A stretch of 64,000 bases of DNA from Thermoproteota archaeon (GCA_029887795.1 JARXPE010000002.1:8904-72903), one strand, 5' to 3'; shown: positions 36,944-46,958, numbered from the stretch's first letter. Translations and numbers: made by a program. Notes: generated from the sequence alone by a model not told the origin.

Positions 36944-37672
36944 ATGGAGACAACCGAGATCAAGGCAAAAAATCCAGTTTTAATGTGCGGCCTGCCAGAC
37001 GTCGGTCTGGTGGGGATAATTGCGGTATCACATATAATAAAGGGGCTGGAGATGAAGGAGGTAGCCCACATAGACTCGGACATCTTTCCGCCGGTTGTGG
37101 TATTCCATCAAGGAATACCAACTTACCCTCTAAGGATATACCAAAAAGACGACCTGCTGGCTCTCTTCTCCGAAACCGCCCTCTCGCCAGAGTCTATATA
37201 CCCTCTCTCCAAAGCCATTGTGGAGTGGGCAAAATCGAAAAATGCATCCCTTCTCGTGTCACTGGGCGGGATCGGCGTCCCTAACAGGATCGACATAGAG
37301 ACCCCGAAGGTATATGGGGCATCGAATATGCAGTACATAAGGGACAGCATAAGGAAGTTCGAGATCCCCGTGATGGAGGAGGGGTTTCTAGTCGGACCCT
37401 ACGCACTAATGGCGAAGTTCTCCATACATCAGAACCTCCCAAACCTTCTCCTCATGGCAGAGTCATACCCCCAGTACCCTGACCCAGGGGCTGCTGCCTC
37501 GGTCATATCCGCCTTGAATAAGTTCGTTCCTATAAACGTCGATGTCAAGGCGCTGATAGAGCGTTCCGAAGAGATCAGGCTCAACGCCAGGGAACTGATG
37601 AGAAAGACCGCTGAGAACCTGAAGAGAATGGGCAAATCCCAAGAGTATGAGCTCCCGCTGATGTACGTTTGA
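36944..37672 (+). CDS. PAC2-family proteasome assembly chaperone
   Basis: PVLMCGLPDVGLVGIIAVSHII N-terminal block typical of archaeal PAC2/Pba proteins. The start is uncertain (36905 GTG, 36914 ATG, 36944 ATG). Confidence 0.75.
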   Translation: METTEIKAKNPVLMCGLPDVGLVGIIAVSHIIKGLEMKEVAHIDSDIFPPVVVFHQGIPTYPLRIYQKDDLLALFSETALSPESIYPLSKAIVEWAKSKNASLLVSLGGIGVPNRIDIETPKVYGASNMQYIRDSIRKFEIPVMEEGFLVGPYALMAKFSIHQNLPNLLLMAESYPQYPDPGAAASVISALNKFVPINVDVKALIERSEEIRLNARELMRKTAENLKRMGKSQEYELPLMYV

Positions 37673-37673
37673 G

Positions 37674-38081
37674 GTGGTCTACTTGAGTATCAATAAAAAG
37701 TCAGGCAGAGAACGGACGGACTTCTGGATCACAGAAGTCATGTGGGACTCTACAAGAGGTTGCCTCGAACCACTCACCGAAGTCTATGACAACGAGAACG
37801 AGCTCATCATAAGAATCGACATGCCTTGTGTCCGGCGAAAATCAGACATTAAAGTTCATCTGACCGATGATACGGTCTCAATAGAGGCCCAGATGAATAG
37901 GGTGATACAGTATGAGAGGTGGGGCACTTTCCAGCGAGAGGCAAAGTTCTTCAGATATACGAAGACGTTTACCCTTCCAGCAAAGATAGACCCGGAATCC
38001 TCAAAGGCGCGGTTCAAGGATGGCATTCTCGAACTTCGATTACCCAAAAAGGAAAGGCGCTTTACCATACCAATCGAATGA
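37674..38081 (+). CDS. Hsp20/alpha-crystallin small heat-shock protein
   Basis: Alpha-crystallin domain (VYDNENELIIRIDMP...FKDGILELRLPKK). The GTG start lies 1 nt after the PAC2 stop. Confidence 0.85.
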   Translation: MVYLSINKKSGRERTDFWITEVMWDSTRGCLEPLTEVYDNENELIIRIDMPCVRRKSDIKVHLTDDTVSIEAQMNRVIQYERWGTFQREAKFFRYTKTFTLPAKIDPESSKARFKDGILELRLPKKERRFTIPIE

Positions 38082-38158
38082 CCATTGTTTTTCTCAATAA
38101 CTAGAATAAATTTATTTTTTGTTGACATGTTAGGAAAAAGAAAATAAAAGACCAAGCT

Positions 38159-39304
38159 CTAACTCCTTACACCTTCTCTCCCACTTATTTCAGTCCATGA
38201 AGAGGAGAGTTTCTTCAAAACGTTAGTGATTATCGCAATACTGTCCAAATACTCCCTTATTGAAACATTTTCAATTGGAGTGTGATCCAATTTTGAGTTC
38301 CCTGGTCCATAAACCACCGATGAAATCTTAAATTTCCTCACGAAGTCATTCACATCGGCAGTTCCTGTCTTCCGCGAGAGTCTCCCATCCCTACCAGTTA
38401 CCTCCCTTATGCTCTCAAGGAAGGATCTCACGAGTAGAGATTGTTCGTTCTCAAGGTATGGCTCATTCTCGTCCAAAAATTCCAATTTTACATTTGCTCT
38501 CTCTTCCCTGAGCTTAAATTCTTTTATAATAGACATTAGTTTGTCCTTGATCTCTACAATGGTCATGGAGGGCGGCACCCGTACATCCACCAAAATCTCG
38601 CAGAACGACGGGACGGTGTTGTCCTCCCTTCCTCCCCTTATCCTCGTGACGCAAAGCGTCGGCGTCTCAAACAGATCGCCCCCTTTCCCTTTACTCCAAT
38701 CCTCACCCAGCCTCTGCAGCCTTTCTATAAGCCTAGTGGCTACGTAAATTGCGTTCTCAAAGAGCATCGGTGCACTCGCGTGACCTGGTGCGGTTTCACA
38801 TAGAATTCTGACTAGTATCCTTCCCTTGTAGCCAACTGTGAGTGCATAAGCCCCACTCGGCTCTCCAAATATGGCATAATCGTACTTCTCTTCACATCTC
38901 GAGAGAAAATGCCTCATGCCCCGGCTCTTCCCTTCTTCATCCACAACCGCCAGCACGGTCACCTTGCCTTTTCCTCCTTCCTCCATGTATTTCTTCGCAC
39001 CGCAAATTAAAGCCGCAAGTGGAGACTTCGCATCCACAGCACCCCTCCCGAATATGACCTTGCCCCTCTTTCTTGTCTTTATCTTGCCCCTCACGGTGTC
39101 CATATGCCCGCACAGTAGAACGCTGGGCCGACCTTCACCCAATGTGGCTTCAACATTACCAACCTCGTCCACCCTTACCCTGAAACCCAAGCACTCGAGC
39201 TCTTTCGATAGGTATGTGGAGATCTCTTTTTCCTTTCCGCTTGGGCTGTAGATCTCCAGAAGGTTGAGCAAAAGACGCTCCGGGTAACCTTCTTCCATCA
39301 TCAT
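38159..39304 (-). CDS. lysK: [LysW]-lysine/ornithine hydrolase, M20 family (LysK/ArgE)
   Basis: M20 motifs LLCGHMDTV and GRGAVDAKS. Last gene of the lysXYZJK operon. Confidence 0.8.
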   Translation of the reverse strand: MMMEEGYPERLLLNLLEIYSPSGKEKEISTYLSKELECLGFRVRVDEVGNVEATLGEGRPSVLLCGHMDTVRGKIKTRKRGKVIFGRGAVDAKSPLAALICGAKKYMEEGGKGKVTVLAVVDEEGKSRGMRHFLSRCEEKYDYAIFGEPSGAYALTVGYKGRILVRILCETAPGHASAPMLFENAIYVATRLIERLQRLGEDWSKGKGGDLFETPTLCVTRIRGGREDNTVPSFCEILVDVRVPPSMTIVEIKDKLMSIIKEFKLREERANVKLEFLDENEPYLENEQSLLVRSFLESIREVTGRDGRLSRKTGTADVNDFVRKFKISSVVYGPGNSKLDHTPIENVSIREYLDSIAIITNVLKKLSSSWTEISGREGVRS

Positions 39305-40479
39305 CCACCGAAGACCCGTCTCTCTTCTTCTTTGATGGACTCGCTTACTACTGATAGGACCTTCTGAACATCCTCCTTAGTGATGACTAGTGGCGGGAGA
39401 AGCCTGAGCACGGTCTTGCCAGCCTCCAAGACTATGACCCCTCTCTCCAAAGACTTTAGAATGATGTTCATGACCTCAAATCTCATGTCGATACCCAGCA
39501 TTAGCCCTAGTCCCCTAACTTCCCGTACCAATTTACTCTCGATCTGGGAGAAGCCATTCTTTAAGAGATCCCCCATTGTCCTTGCGTTCTCTACTAGTCC
39601 ATCTTCTAATAGTGCCTCTATAGCCCCGGCGCAGGCTGCACATGCCAATGGGTTTCCGCCGAATGTATTCGAGTGCTCACCCCTCTTGAGGGAGTCCATA
39701 ATATCGGCGCGTGCAAAGGTTGCCCCTATGGGGAAACCTCCACCCAGCGCCTTACTCGAGCAGAGTATGTCGGGCCTTACGCCGAAGTGTTGGTGCGCCC
39801 ACATCTTACCCGTCCTCCCGAACCCGCTCTGGACTTCATCGAGTACCAAAAGGACACCCTTCTCGTCGCAGAGTTCCCTAACCTGCTTTAGATAATCTGG
39901 CGGAGGTATGTTGATACCACCCTCCCCCTGGACCGGTTCAACAAAGATCGCGCCGACGTCCTCGTCAACAAGTGCCCGGAGCTTATCTATCTTCCCATAG
40001 GGGGCAAACTTTACGCCATCGAGTAGGGGCACGAAAGGCTCCCTGTACTTGGCGTTCCAAGTTAGTGAGAGGGCGCCCATGGTCTTCCCATGGAAGCTGT
40101 TAACCATGGCAACTATGCCCTTCTTCTTAGTGAACTTTCTCACCAGCTTTATTGCGGTCTCAACAGCCTCCGCCCCAGAGTTGGAAAGAAAAACCTTTTC
40201 GGTTCCGTCCGGCTTTATTTTTTGAAGTTTTGAGAGGCACTCCTCCCTCGCGTCGTTGTAAAAAGATCCGTGGCAGGTTATAAGCCTCTCAGATTGTCGC
40301 CTTATCGCCTCCACGACCCTCGGGTGGCAATGTCCAAGCAACGCGACACCGTACCCGCAACTGCAGTCTATATACTCCTTCCCCTGAGAGTCCCAGACTT
40401 TGGCTCCCTTGCCCTTCACCAATGTGACGGGACGCTTCCAGAAAGTATCAGCCAAGAAAGTATCCTCGAGCCTACTCAA
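39301..40479 (-). CDS. lysJ: [LysW]-aminoadipate semialdehyde / acetylornithine aminotransferase (LysJ/ArgD)
   Basis: Class III aminotransferase with LVLDEVQSGFGRTG and PLP-lysine block DILCSSKALGGG. 4-nt overlaps with both neighbours. Confidence 0.85.
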   Translation of the reverse strand: MSRLEDTFLADTFWKRPVTLVKGKGAKVWDSQGKEYIDCSCGYGVALLGHCHPRVVEAIRRQSERLITCHGSFYNDAREECLSKLQKIKPDGTEKVFLSNSGAEAVETAIKLVRKFTKKKGIVAMVNSFHGKTMGALSLTWNAKYREPFVPLLDGVKFAPYGKIDKLRALVDEDVGAIFVEPVQGEGGINIPPPDYLKQVRELCDEKGVLLVLDEVQSGFGRTGKMWAHQHFGVRPDILCSSKALGGGFPIGATFARADIMDSLKRGEHSNTFGGNPLACAACAGAIEALLEDGLVENARTMGDLLKNGFSQIESKLVREVRGLGLMLGIDMRFEVMNIILKSLERGVIVLEAGKTVLRLLPPLVITKEDVQKVLSVVSESIKEEERRVFGG

Positions 40480-41291
40480 AGAGAGATCACCGTCCCACGC
40501 CTCCCCTCCAGAGCGTCCAGAATAGGTCTCTCCACAAATCCAGAGGTTATTATCGCCCTGCCGACCCCTCCCCTAACAGCATCTACTGCCGCGTGGATCT
40601 TGGTGGACATGCCTGCCCCAATCCTCTTCAAGAGTTCGTCAACTTCAACTATGCTGATCTTCGGAACAATTTTTCCGTCCAACAAAACCCCTTCTACGTC
40701 GGTGAGGTAAATGACAGCATCGGCCCTTATCGCCTTCGCAACTGCGCTGGTGGTTCTGTCTCCGTCCACGTTTAGGGGCTCAAACTTCATCCCCATTGCC
40801 AAAGGTGAGATCACTGGGGTGTATCCCTCCCCCATTAGGATCTCGAGTAACCTTGTGTTCACAGATGTGATCTTGCCAGTATAGCCTCCCTCTATGGCCC
40901 TCTTCCTCCCTTGTTCGTCCACAATCACAAGTCGCTCTTTTCTCTCAGCCCTCAGGAGACCGCCGTCGAATCCAGACAGACCTATGGCATTTATGCCAAA
41001 GGATTGGAGGAGACCGACGATCTTGGTGTTGATCTCGCCAGCCATGACCATTGCGTATATCTCCGCGGTCTCCCTGTCAGTGTACCTGCTCTTGAAGCCC
41101 TCAGGTGAAACGATGAATCTCTGCTCCTTGCCGAGCCTCTTAGCCATCTCCGTTACCAGATCTCCTCCGCCGTGGACTATTGCGAGCCCCCTTCCTTCAA
41201 CGAGCTCCTTTAAGTCTTCAATGAGGGGTACATTAGGGGCATCTCCCTTCAGGAGGTCCCCTCCGATCTTGACCACGACTCTCATGTTCAT
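40476..41291 (-). CDS. lysZ: [LysW]-aminoadipate/glutamate kinase (LysZ/ArgB)
   Basis: Amino-acid kinase fold with VVKIGG and IVHGGG motifs. Confidence 0.85.
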   Translation of the reverse strand: MNMRVVVKIGGDLLKGDAPNVPLIEDLKELVEGRGLAIVHGGGDLVTEMAKRLGKEQRFIVSPEGFKSRYTDRETAEIYAMVMAGEINTKIVGLLQSFGINAIGLSGFDGGLLRAERKERLVIVDEQGRKRAIEGGYTGKITSVNTRLLEILMGEGYTPVISPLAMGMKFEPLNVDGDRTTSAVAKAIRADAVIYLTDVEGVLLDGKIVPKISIVEVDELLKRIGAGMSTKIHAAVDAVRGGVGRAIITSGFVERPILDALEGRRGTVISL

Positions 41292-42346
41292 ATCGGTCTT
41301 ACTCCAGCAAACCTGATGCCAGTTCGCTCGTCAACGCCTATCATTAAGTTGAAGTTCTGGACTGCCTGACCGGCGGCGCCCTTCAACAGGTTGTCGATCG
41401 CGCCAAAGGTAACCAACCTCTTGGCATGGGGGTCAAGCTCGAAACCAACATCGCAGAAGTTCGAGCCCACCACATTCTTGGGATCAGGAAGTTGGTGAAG
41501 TCCCTTTTGATCCCTCACGATCCTGACGAAGGGCTCGTTCTGGTACAGCTCTCTGTAAGCCCTCCAAAGCTCCGGCATTGTGACCTCTCTACTGAGGAAC
41601 GAGTGACCAGTCACCATTATCCCCCTGACCATGTCCACTGCGTGGGGGGTGAGTGCCACCGTGACCCTCTCTCCGCCCGCCTTAAGGGAGAGCTCCTGCT
41701 CTATCTCTGCGGTGTGTCTGTGCATGACGGGCTTGTATGCCCTAACTATGTTGGAGTGCTCTGGGTGGTGGCTCGCCTCGCTCACGTTAGCGCCAGCCCC
41801 TGAAGATCCGATCTTGGCATCCAAGATCACCCTGTTATCCTCAACCATTCCAGCTTTAATGGCGGGCGCGACGCTGAGTATGCTCGCCGTGGCAATGCAG
41901 CCCGGGTTTGCAACAAGCTTGGCATTTCTTATCTCTTCCCTGTGGAACTCCGGCAGACCAAAGACCGCGACCTCGAGCAGTTCCGGGCATGGGTGCTCCC
42001 ATCCATACCACTTGGGGTAGTCGTCCTTGTTCTTCAGCCTGAAGTCCGCGCTGAGATCGATCACCCTTACACCTGAGTCCAAGAGCCTCTTTGCAACGGG
42101 TGCGGAGGCGCCGTGCGGAAGTGCCAAAAATACAAATTCACAGGATGAGGCGATCTTCTCCACATCCGGCTCTATAAACTTTAAATCTGTGAGCTTTCTC
42201 AACTGCGGGTGCAACTTGAAAACGGGCTCGCCCGCGTGCTCCCTCGAGGTGACTGCCTTTATTTCGACCTCTGGGTGATTTATAAGTATCCGGAGGAGCT
42301 CCCCTCCGGTGTAACCCGATCCTCCGATTATCCCTACAGTTTTCAT
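41288..42346 (-). CDS. lysY: [LysW]-aminoadipyl/glutamyl-phosphate reductase (LysY/ArgC)
   Basis: GGSGYTGGELLRIL NAD motif and catalytic ANPGCIATA block. Confidence 0.88.
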   Translation of the reverse strand: MKTVGIIGGSGYTGGELLRILINHPEVEIKAVTSREHAGEPVFKLHPQLRKLTDLKFIEPDVEKIASSCEFVFLALPHGASAPVAKRLLDSGVRVIDLSADFRLKNKDDYPKWYGWEHPCPELLEVAVFGLPEFHREEIRNAKLVANPGCIATASILSVAPAIKAGMVEDNRVILDAKIGSSGAGANVSEASHHPEHSNIVRAYKPVMHRHTAEIEQELSLKAGGERVTVALTPHAVDMVRGIMVTGHSFLSREVTMPELWRAYRELYQNEPFVRIVRDQKGLHQLPDPKNVVGSNFCDVGFELDPHAKRLVTFGAIDNLLKGAAGQAVQNFNLMIGVDERTGIRFAGVRPI

Positions 42347-43197
42347 CTTTTTCCCTCCCTGATGGCGTAGTCCACAATCATTCCAGGTATATCCACACCA
42401 GTAGCTGGAACCGTATTCTTAAACTCGACGGTGCTGTTTATCTCATGTACAACTAGACCACCATCGTCTTCCATCATATCAACCCCGAATACCCCTCCAC
42501 CCACAGCCTCTGCAGCCTTTAGTGCCAGTTCCCTGATCTCAGGCGTTATAGGACACCTTTCCACCTTTCCACCTCTGGCGGTGTTTGTCCTCCAGTCCTC
42601 GCCAGTATTGACCCTGTAAATCGCAACTGGCACATCCTCACCTATAACGAAGACCCTAAGATCCCTTGGCGGCCTCTTTACCATTTCTTGCAGGTAGTAG
42701 ATCTGGTATATGGGGAACATCAACTCGCGGTGCTCGAGCGCCACCATTGCCGCCGTTTTGTCCTTTAGGAGCGAAACAAGACGCCCCCAGCTACCCACGA
42801 CCGGCTTCAGGATCGCAGGATAGCCGAGCCTTTCAAGTGCTTCAAGAGCAGAGTCGGGCGTGAAAGCCAGATATGTCCTAGGCGTCGGTATGTTGAATTT
42901 CTTGAAAGTGAGCGTGTTGAGAACTTTGTTACCGCAGATCTCGGCGGTCCTATAGCTGTTTATAACCCTGACGCCGTAACTCTCCAATGCTGCGGTCGCA
43001 TGGAGCCCCCTGAAGTGGCTCACGCACCTCTGCAGGACAACCTCGCCCAGGCCCTCCGGCTTTTCTGCAGATGTCAGGTCAAGGAACAGTCTTTCAGCAT
43101 CCATCATGGAAAAGTTTACACCGCGCTTCTCACATGCTTCGTATAAGGCTTTCTCTTCCCATCTCATGTGGTCGTACAGAATATTGAGCTTAACCAT
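42343..43197 (-). CDS. lysX: RimK-type ATP-grasp ligase, LysW-amino acid ligase (LysX/ArgX)
   Basis: 284-aa ATP-grasp protein at the head of the lysYZJK genes, with a RimK/LysX-like sequence (ILKPVVGSWGR, VHEINSTVEF). Confidence 0.85.
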   Translation of the reverse strand: MVKLNILYDHMRWEEKALYEACEKRGVNFSMMDAERLFLDLTSAEKPEGLGEVVLQRCVSHFRGLHATAALESYGVRVINSYRTAEICGNKVLNTLTFKKFNIPTPRTYLAFTPDSALEALERLGYPAILKPVVGSWGRLVSLLKDKTAAMVALEHRELMFPIYQIYYLQEMVKRPPRDLRVFVIGEDVPVAIYRVNTGEDWRTNTARGGKVERCPITPEIRELALKAAEAVGGGVFGVDMMEDDGGLVVHEINSTVEFKNTVPATGVDIPGMIVDYAIREGKR

Positions 43198-43299
43198 TGG
43201 AAGTCAGACCCTGATAGATTCGAATAACGAAATTATTTAAACATTTCGTCTTTGCCTAAATAACTATTTATACGTTTAAAGTACTTAGAAGTTCGAATT

Positions 43300-43722
43300 T
43301 CAAACCCAAGACCTGAGCACAATCATAGAACTTGTCTTGGATACCCCCTCTATCCTCCTTATATCGTCTATGTGTTTATTGATCTCTTGTATGCTCTTGC
43401 CAGAGGCCACTGCTATTACATCAACGTCCCCCGCGACCTCAAAGACCTGATCGACCCCCTCAATCTTCTTGACTGCCTGCGCAACCTGAGGGTTCGGGTA
43501 AGACGGCTGGACGGATATGAGTATGAGAGCCTGTACCCTCTCCCCAGTCTCGATCTCGACCGTGAACTTCTTGATTATTCCTTCGTCTCTCATCCTCTCC
43601 ACGCGTTTTCTGACCGCAGCCTCCGAGAGTCCTATGTCTTTGGCTATCTTGGTATAAGGTATGCGGGCATCCTCCTTTAAGAAGGAGAGGATCTTCATGT
43701 CGATGCCGTCGACATCCTTCAT
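43300..43722 (-). CDS. Lrp/AsnC-family transcriptional regulator (LysM-like by position)
   Basis: HTH DMKILSFLKEDARIPYTKIAKDIGLSEAAVRKRVERM plus a RAM domain. Immediately upstream of lysX. Confidence 0.88.
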   Translation of the reverse strand: MKDVDGIDMKILSFLKEDARIPYTKIAKDIGLSEAAVRKRVERMRDEGIIKKFTVEIETGERVQALILISVQPSYPNPQVAQAVKKIEGVDQVFEVAGDVDVIAVASGKSIQEINKHIDDIRRIEGVSKTSSMIVLRSWV

Positions 43723-43833
43723 AAAAACTCACTTTATTTTCATATTCTAATTTTGAGGTTTAAAAACATCTCCCCTTCAATTAGCCTAGGGAGGGGTGAT
43801 TTAAATGTCTGATGGACCTCAATATCTTTTTTA

Positions 43834-45345
43834 ATGAGACCCTCTAAATCCTTTAACGGAGGCAAACATTTGTCAATATCGCTGGGAGGTAGCGTGGAAG
43901 GGAATGCCACAAGCCACACATGGAGGCGCTCCATCACTCTCGACATAAAAGTCCCACCAGACCAGATAAATCAGTTGCTGGATTATCTCACCACTGCAAT
44001 AGAAAAGAATCAGTACCTTTCCTATTTAACGAGATCCACTGCAGAAGGAGTAGCAATACTTCAGTACAGGCTTGTGGCTGTCGACGGTAGTCTGTTAGAT
44101 GTTGCCGTGAAGTTCTTACCGGAAAAGATAGAGATCTACTATGCTCCCTATCCCCCCGATTCTGTATCTGAGAAGGACTACATCGGACTGGACATGGAAA
44201 TGGAAACCCTAATCAGGTCGTACTTTGCCGACCAGAGCAAGGCATCACTCTTCCTGGTTTTTTCACCCAAAATGAACCTCATACCTGGGAAGAAGGAAGG
44301 CGGGATCAAGAGGCTTATATCCTCAATAATTTTCGGAAACTTCCTTTACCTCTTCATGCTCATCCTTCTTGTGGGCATATTCCTCTACCAGTACTTCCAG
44401 ATGCTTACTCCAATCTTACTCGTTGGACTCCAATTCATCATAGTGATATTTGCAAACAAACTCATAGCTTACCGTGGAGAGTTCGACATCACTGCGGATA
44501 ATGCGACGATACATATCGCCGAATTGAGGATGAAAAGGAACGAATTCGAACAAGTGGTGAAGAGCTGCATACCAAAGATGACGTTGATAAAGAAAGAGAT
44601 CTACGATTTGACGTTGGCTCTGGGAAGAGAACTGGATCCTGAAATCATAGTAAGGACTCTAAACAAGCACGGCCCGGTATGCACTCCAGAACTCGTGAGA
44701 ATAAAGACCGTAGACATCTACAAGATAGTGAGCGACCTCGCCTCAAAATTCAGGTTTCATATCCCAAGAATAACGCTGCTGAATGTACTGCCCCCAAACG
44801 CCGCAGCTACAGGAATCTCCCCTTCGAGGGCCACCGTTCTTATAACCAGTGGGTTGATCGCACAGATGGAAGAAGATGAGATAAAGGCTGTTTTGGCGCA
44901 TGAATTCAGTCATGTGAGAGCGAGGGACCCCCTCATACTCATGAGTCTAGCAACCTTTGAATATTTGACGAGGGTGTACCTAATATGGCCCTTTTTGGCA
45001 TCCTTCGGGCTATTTATAGACCTTGCGTACCTCTTCTTATCTTTCACATTGCTCTTCTTCGTGGCAAAGTTCTTAGAAGCGAGGGCTGATCTCGACGCGG
45101 CAATAATAACTGGGCAGCCTAAGACCCTTGCATCATCGCTACGTAAACTAGGGCTCTGGAAGTACCAGTCACGGATATTCGAACTAGTGAATAGCGGGGA
45201 GTGGCTCAAGTGGGACCCGCACCCGCCCCTCTACTATAGAATTAGGACTTTGGAGAACCTCGATCCATCCAAAATAGGAAATACCTTCGTGGCAGCCATT
45301 AGGGGGTGCGTTAGGGGGTTTCTGGACTCCCTCCATGGTCGATGA
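43834..45345 (+). CDS. M48-family (HtpX-like) membrane zinc metalloprotease with long N-terminal domain
   Basis: HEFSHV zincin motif flanked by TM helices. About 190-aa soluble N-terminal region. Confidence 0.75.
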   Translation: MRPSKSFNGGKHLSISLGGSVEGNATSHTWRRSITLDIKVPPDQINQLLDYLTTAIEKNQYLSYLTRSTAEGVAILQYRLVAVDGSLLDVAVKFLPEKIEIYYAPYPPDSVSEKDYIGLDMEMETLIRSYFADQSKASLFLVFSPKMNLIPGKKEGGIKRLISSIIFGNFLYLFMLILLVGIFLYQYFQMLTPILLVGLQFIIVIFANKLIAYRGEFDITADNATIHIAELRMKRNEFEQVVKSCIPKMTLIKKEIYDLTLALGRELDPEIIVRTLNKHGPVCTPELVRIKTVDIYKIVSDLASKFRFHIPRITLLNVLPPNAAATGISPSRATVLITSGLIAQMEEDEIKAVLAHEFSHVRARDPLILMSLATFEYLTRVYLIWPFLASFGLFIDLAYLFLSFTLLFFVAKFLEARADLDAAIITGQPKTLASSLRKLGLWKYQSRIFELVNSGEWLKWDPHPPLYYRIRTLENLDPSKIGNTFVAAIRGCVRGFLDSLHGR

Positions 45346-45447
45346 AATATCTGACCCAATGGATACTTGAGGGCGAATATTACAAACTCTATAAGTAAAA
45401 CGAAAATAAAGAATGGAATAATGGGAAATTGGGAGAAAAAAGTAGAT

Positions 45448-45768
45448 TTAGAGGGCTTCTATTTTTCCGCCCTCTATTTTGCCCTTCTTCAGACCTTCTA
45501 TGAATGCATCTACTTTGATAGCGGGCATAGATAAGATCTGGACCGTCCCCCTGGAGCCAAACTCTGCCGATATGAGATATACAGTCTCGTTGCCTGGAGC
45601 CTCAATTATGGTCACAAAGTCGTAGGGTCCAAGTGTTGCAAACTGATGAATTATCCTGGCGCCGAGCGCCTCGATCTCTTTGTTCACCTCTTTGATTCTG
45701 TCAGGTTTTTCTTTTATGGTCTTCCTGCCCTCTGCTGTTAGGTTTGACAAAAGAACATAGTAGGGCAT
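45448..45768 (-). CDS. GYD domain protein
   Basis: MPYYVLLSNLTAEGRKTIKEKPDRIKE...GPYDFVTIIEAP is typical of the GYD family. Confidence 0.8.
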   Translation of the reverse strand: MPYYVLLSNLTAEGRKTIKEKPDRIKEVNKEIEALGARIIHQFATLGPYDFVTIIEAPGNETVYLISAEFGSRGTVQILSMPAIKVDAFIEGLKKGKIEGGKIEAL

Positions 45769-45867
45769 CTTTACCCTTGTTATATTTTGACTAAATTTAC
45801 TATTTAGTATTTTGGTGGAAAAATTGGAGGATATGGAAAAACCAGAAAATAGTGAGAAAGTTCCTTC

Positions 45868-46299
45868 TCAACTGCGGAGCTTTGGCGAATCGAACCAAAG
45901 CCCGGACACATACTGCTTGCCTCCTGCCTCGATAAATACTACCTTTACCGTAACTTCAGACTCCCCCGTATACTTTGCCTTGTAATAAACCACCGTGTAG
46001 TTGCCCTGGAGTTCTGCCTTTGAGAATTCTTTTGAAACATAGTTTCCAACCTTTGATTTTATTAAGGCCACTGTCTGCTGAAATACCGGTTCAGTCATGG
46101 CATTCTTCATGGCAACATCCATGTCCTTAGAGAACTTCGTATAATTCCCCTCATTCATCGCTATCAATATGTCCTCCGTGATAGGGTCTGCATAGGCCCT
46201 TACCTTGTTTACATCCACTGCCGCTGGTTGACTGACAATATAGGCGCCCACCGCCACTACAATGAGGGCAACGAGAACTATAACCACGTCTTTTCTCAT
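45868..46299 (-). CDS. Membrane-anchored DUF3887-like protein
   Basis: MRKDVVIVLVALIVVAVGAYIV anchor followed by a soluble domain resembling DUF3887. The internal ATG at 46299 avoids overlap with the upstream gene. Confidence 0.55.
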   Translation of the reverse strand: MRKDVVIVLVALIVVAVGAYIVSQPAAVDVNKVRAYADPITEDILIAMNEGNYTKFSKDMDVAMKNAMTEPVFQQTVALIKSKVGNYVSKEFSKAELQGNYTVVYYKAKYTGESEVTVKVVFIEAGGKQYVSGLWFDSPKLRS

Positions 46300-46334
46300 G
46301 AGTATCACCACCTTATTTGTTAGACTAAAAGAGC

Positions 46335-46958
46335 TCAATAAACCTTCTTGAGGACGTAGCCTGCGTATATCGCCAGAAGTAGAGTGTAGGCAGCCACCAA
46401 TCCCTCTACTTGCCAAACCGAGAGCCTCATCACATAGTAAGTCAGCCCGGCTATCAGATCCAAAACAGCGTGCGCAACTATGGCTAGAATAAGGTATTCC
46501 CTGTAAAGTATTGACTTCATTATTATGAAGGTCAGTGCCACGTGAGCTAAGACAGCCACGTACCTTTCAAAGACGCCAGGCAGGAGGTCCAAGAAACTTA
46601 TGGTTAATGCCGTCGGCGAGAGAAGCACACTTGGGAAGAATATGACCAACGCCTCAGCTATCCCCCAGCCCAGCCCAAAGGTCAATCCAGCCCTGAAGTC
46701 CGAGGTCTTGGTCCTCTTAACGAGCCAGAACCTCATGCATTCCTCGAATAGACCCGCCAGCACAGCGCTGTAGATTATGACCACCAAGATGTCCCCAACC
46801 AGTAGTTGAAATAAATTTAGGGGGATTATCCTGAGGATAAGGGCTAAAGTCCAACCAACTCCACCGAGCAACAAAAGCTTTGGAGCGCTTCGACCTAAAT
46901 AAAATCCTAAAATGAAGAGGGGAGCAATTGTTAACAGTGCCCAAAAAAGACCTTCCAT
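46335..46958 (-). CDS. CPBP/YhfC-type intramembrane metalloprotease
   Basis: EECMRFWL (EExxxR), FGLGWGIAEAL and HAVLD motifs within a polytopic protein. Confidence 0.7.
   Translation of the reverse strand: MEGLFWALLTIAPLFILGFYLGRSAPKLLLLGGVGWTLALILRIIPLNLFQLLVGDILVVIIYSAVLAGLFEECMRFWLVKRTKTSDFRAGLTFGLGWGIAEALVIFFPSVLLSPTALTISFLDLLPGVFERYVAVLAHVALTFIIMKSILYREYLILAIVAHAVLDLIAGLTYYVMRLSVWQVEGLVAAYTLLLAIYAGYVLKKVY

Noticed and set aside
39380-39895. 171-aa plus-strand ORF inside lysJ. Similar long antisense ORFs lie in lysZ/lysY (40270-42278), thrB (61844-62437) and the ACS gene (58108-58860).
   Set aside because: All are antisense to genes with unambiguous enzyme motifs, and their translations are Ser/Pro-rich with no domains.
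43198-43299. Looked for lysW in the gap upstream of lysX.
   Set aside because: The interval is only 102 nt, AT-rich with TATA-like elements, and has no ORF of useful length on either strand.
45884-45896. tRNA T-arm-like sequence (GGTTCGATTCGCC on the minus strand).
   Set aside because: It lies inside the DUF3887-like CDS (codes for ...WFDSPK...). There is no matching acceptor, D or anticodon arms around it.
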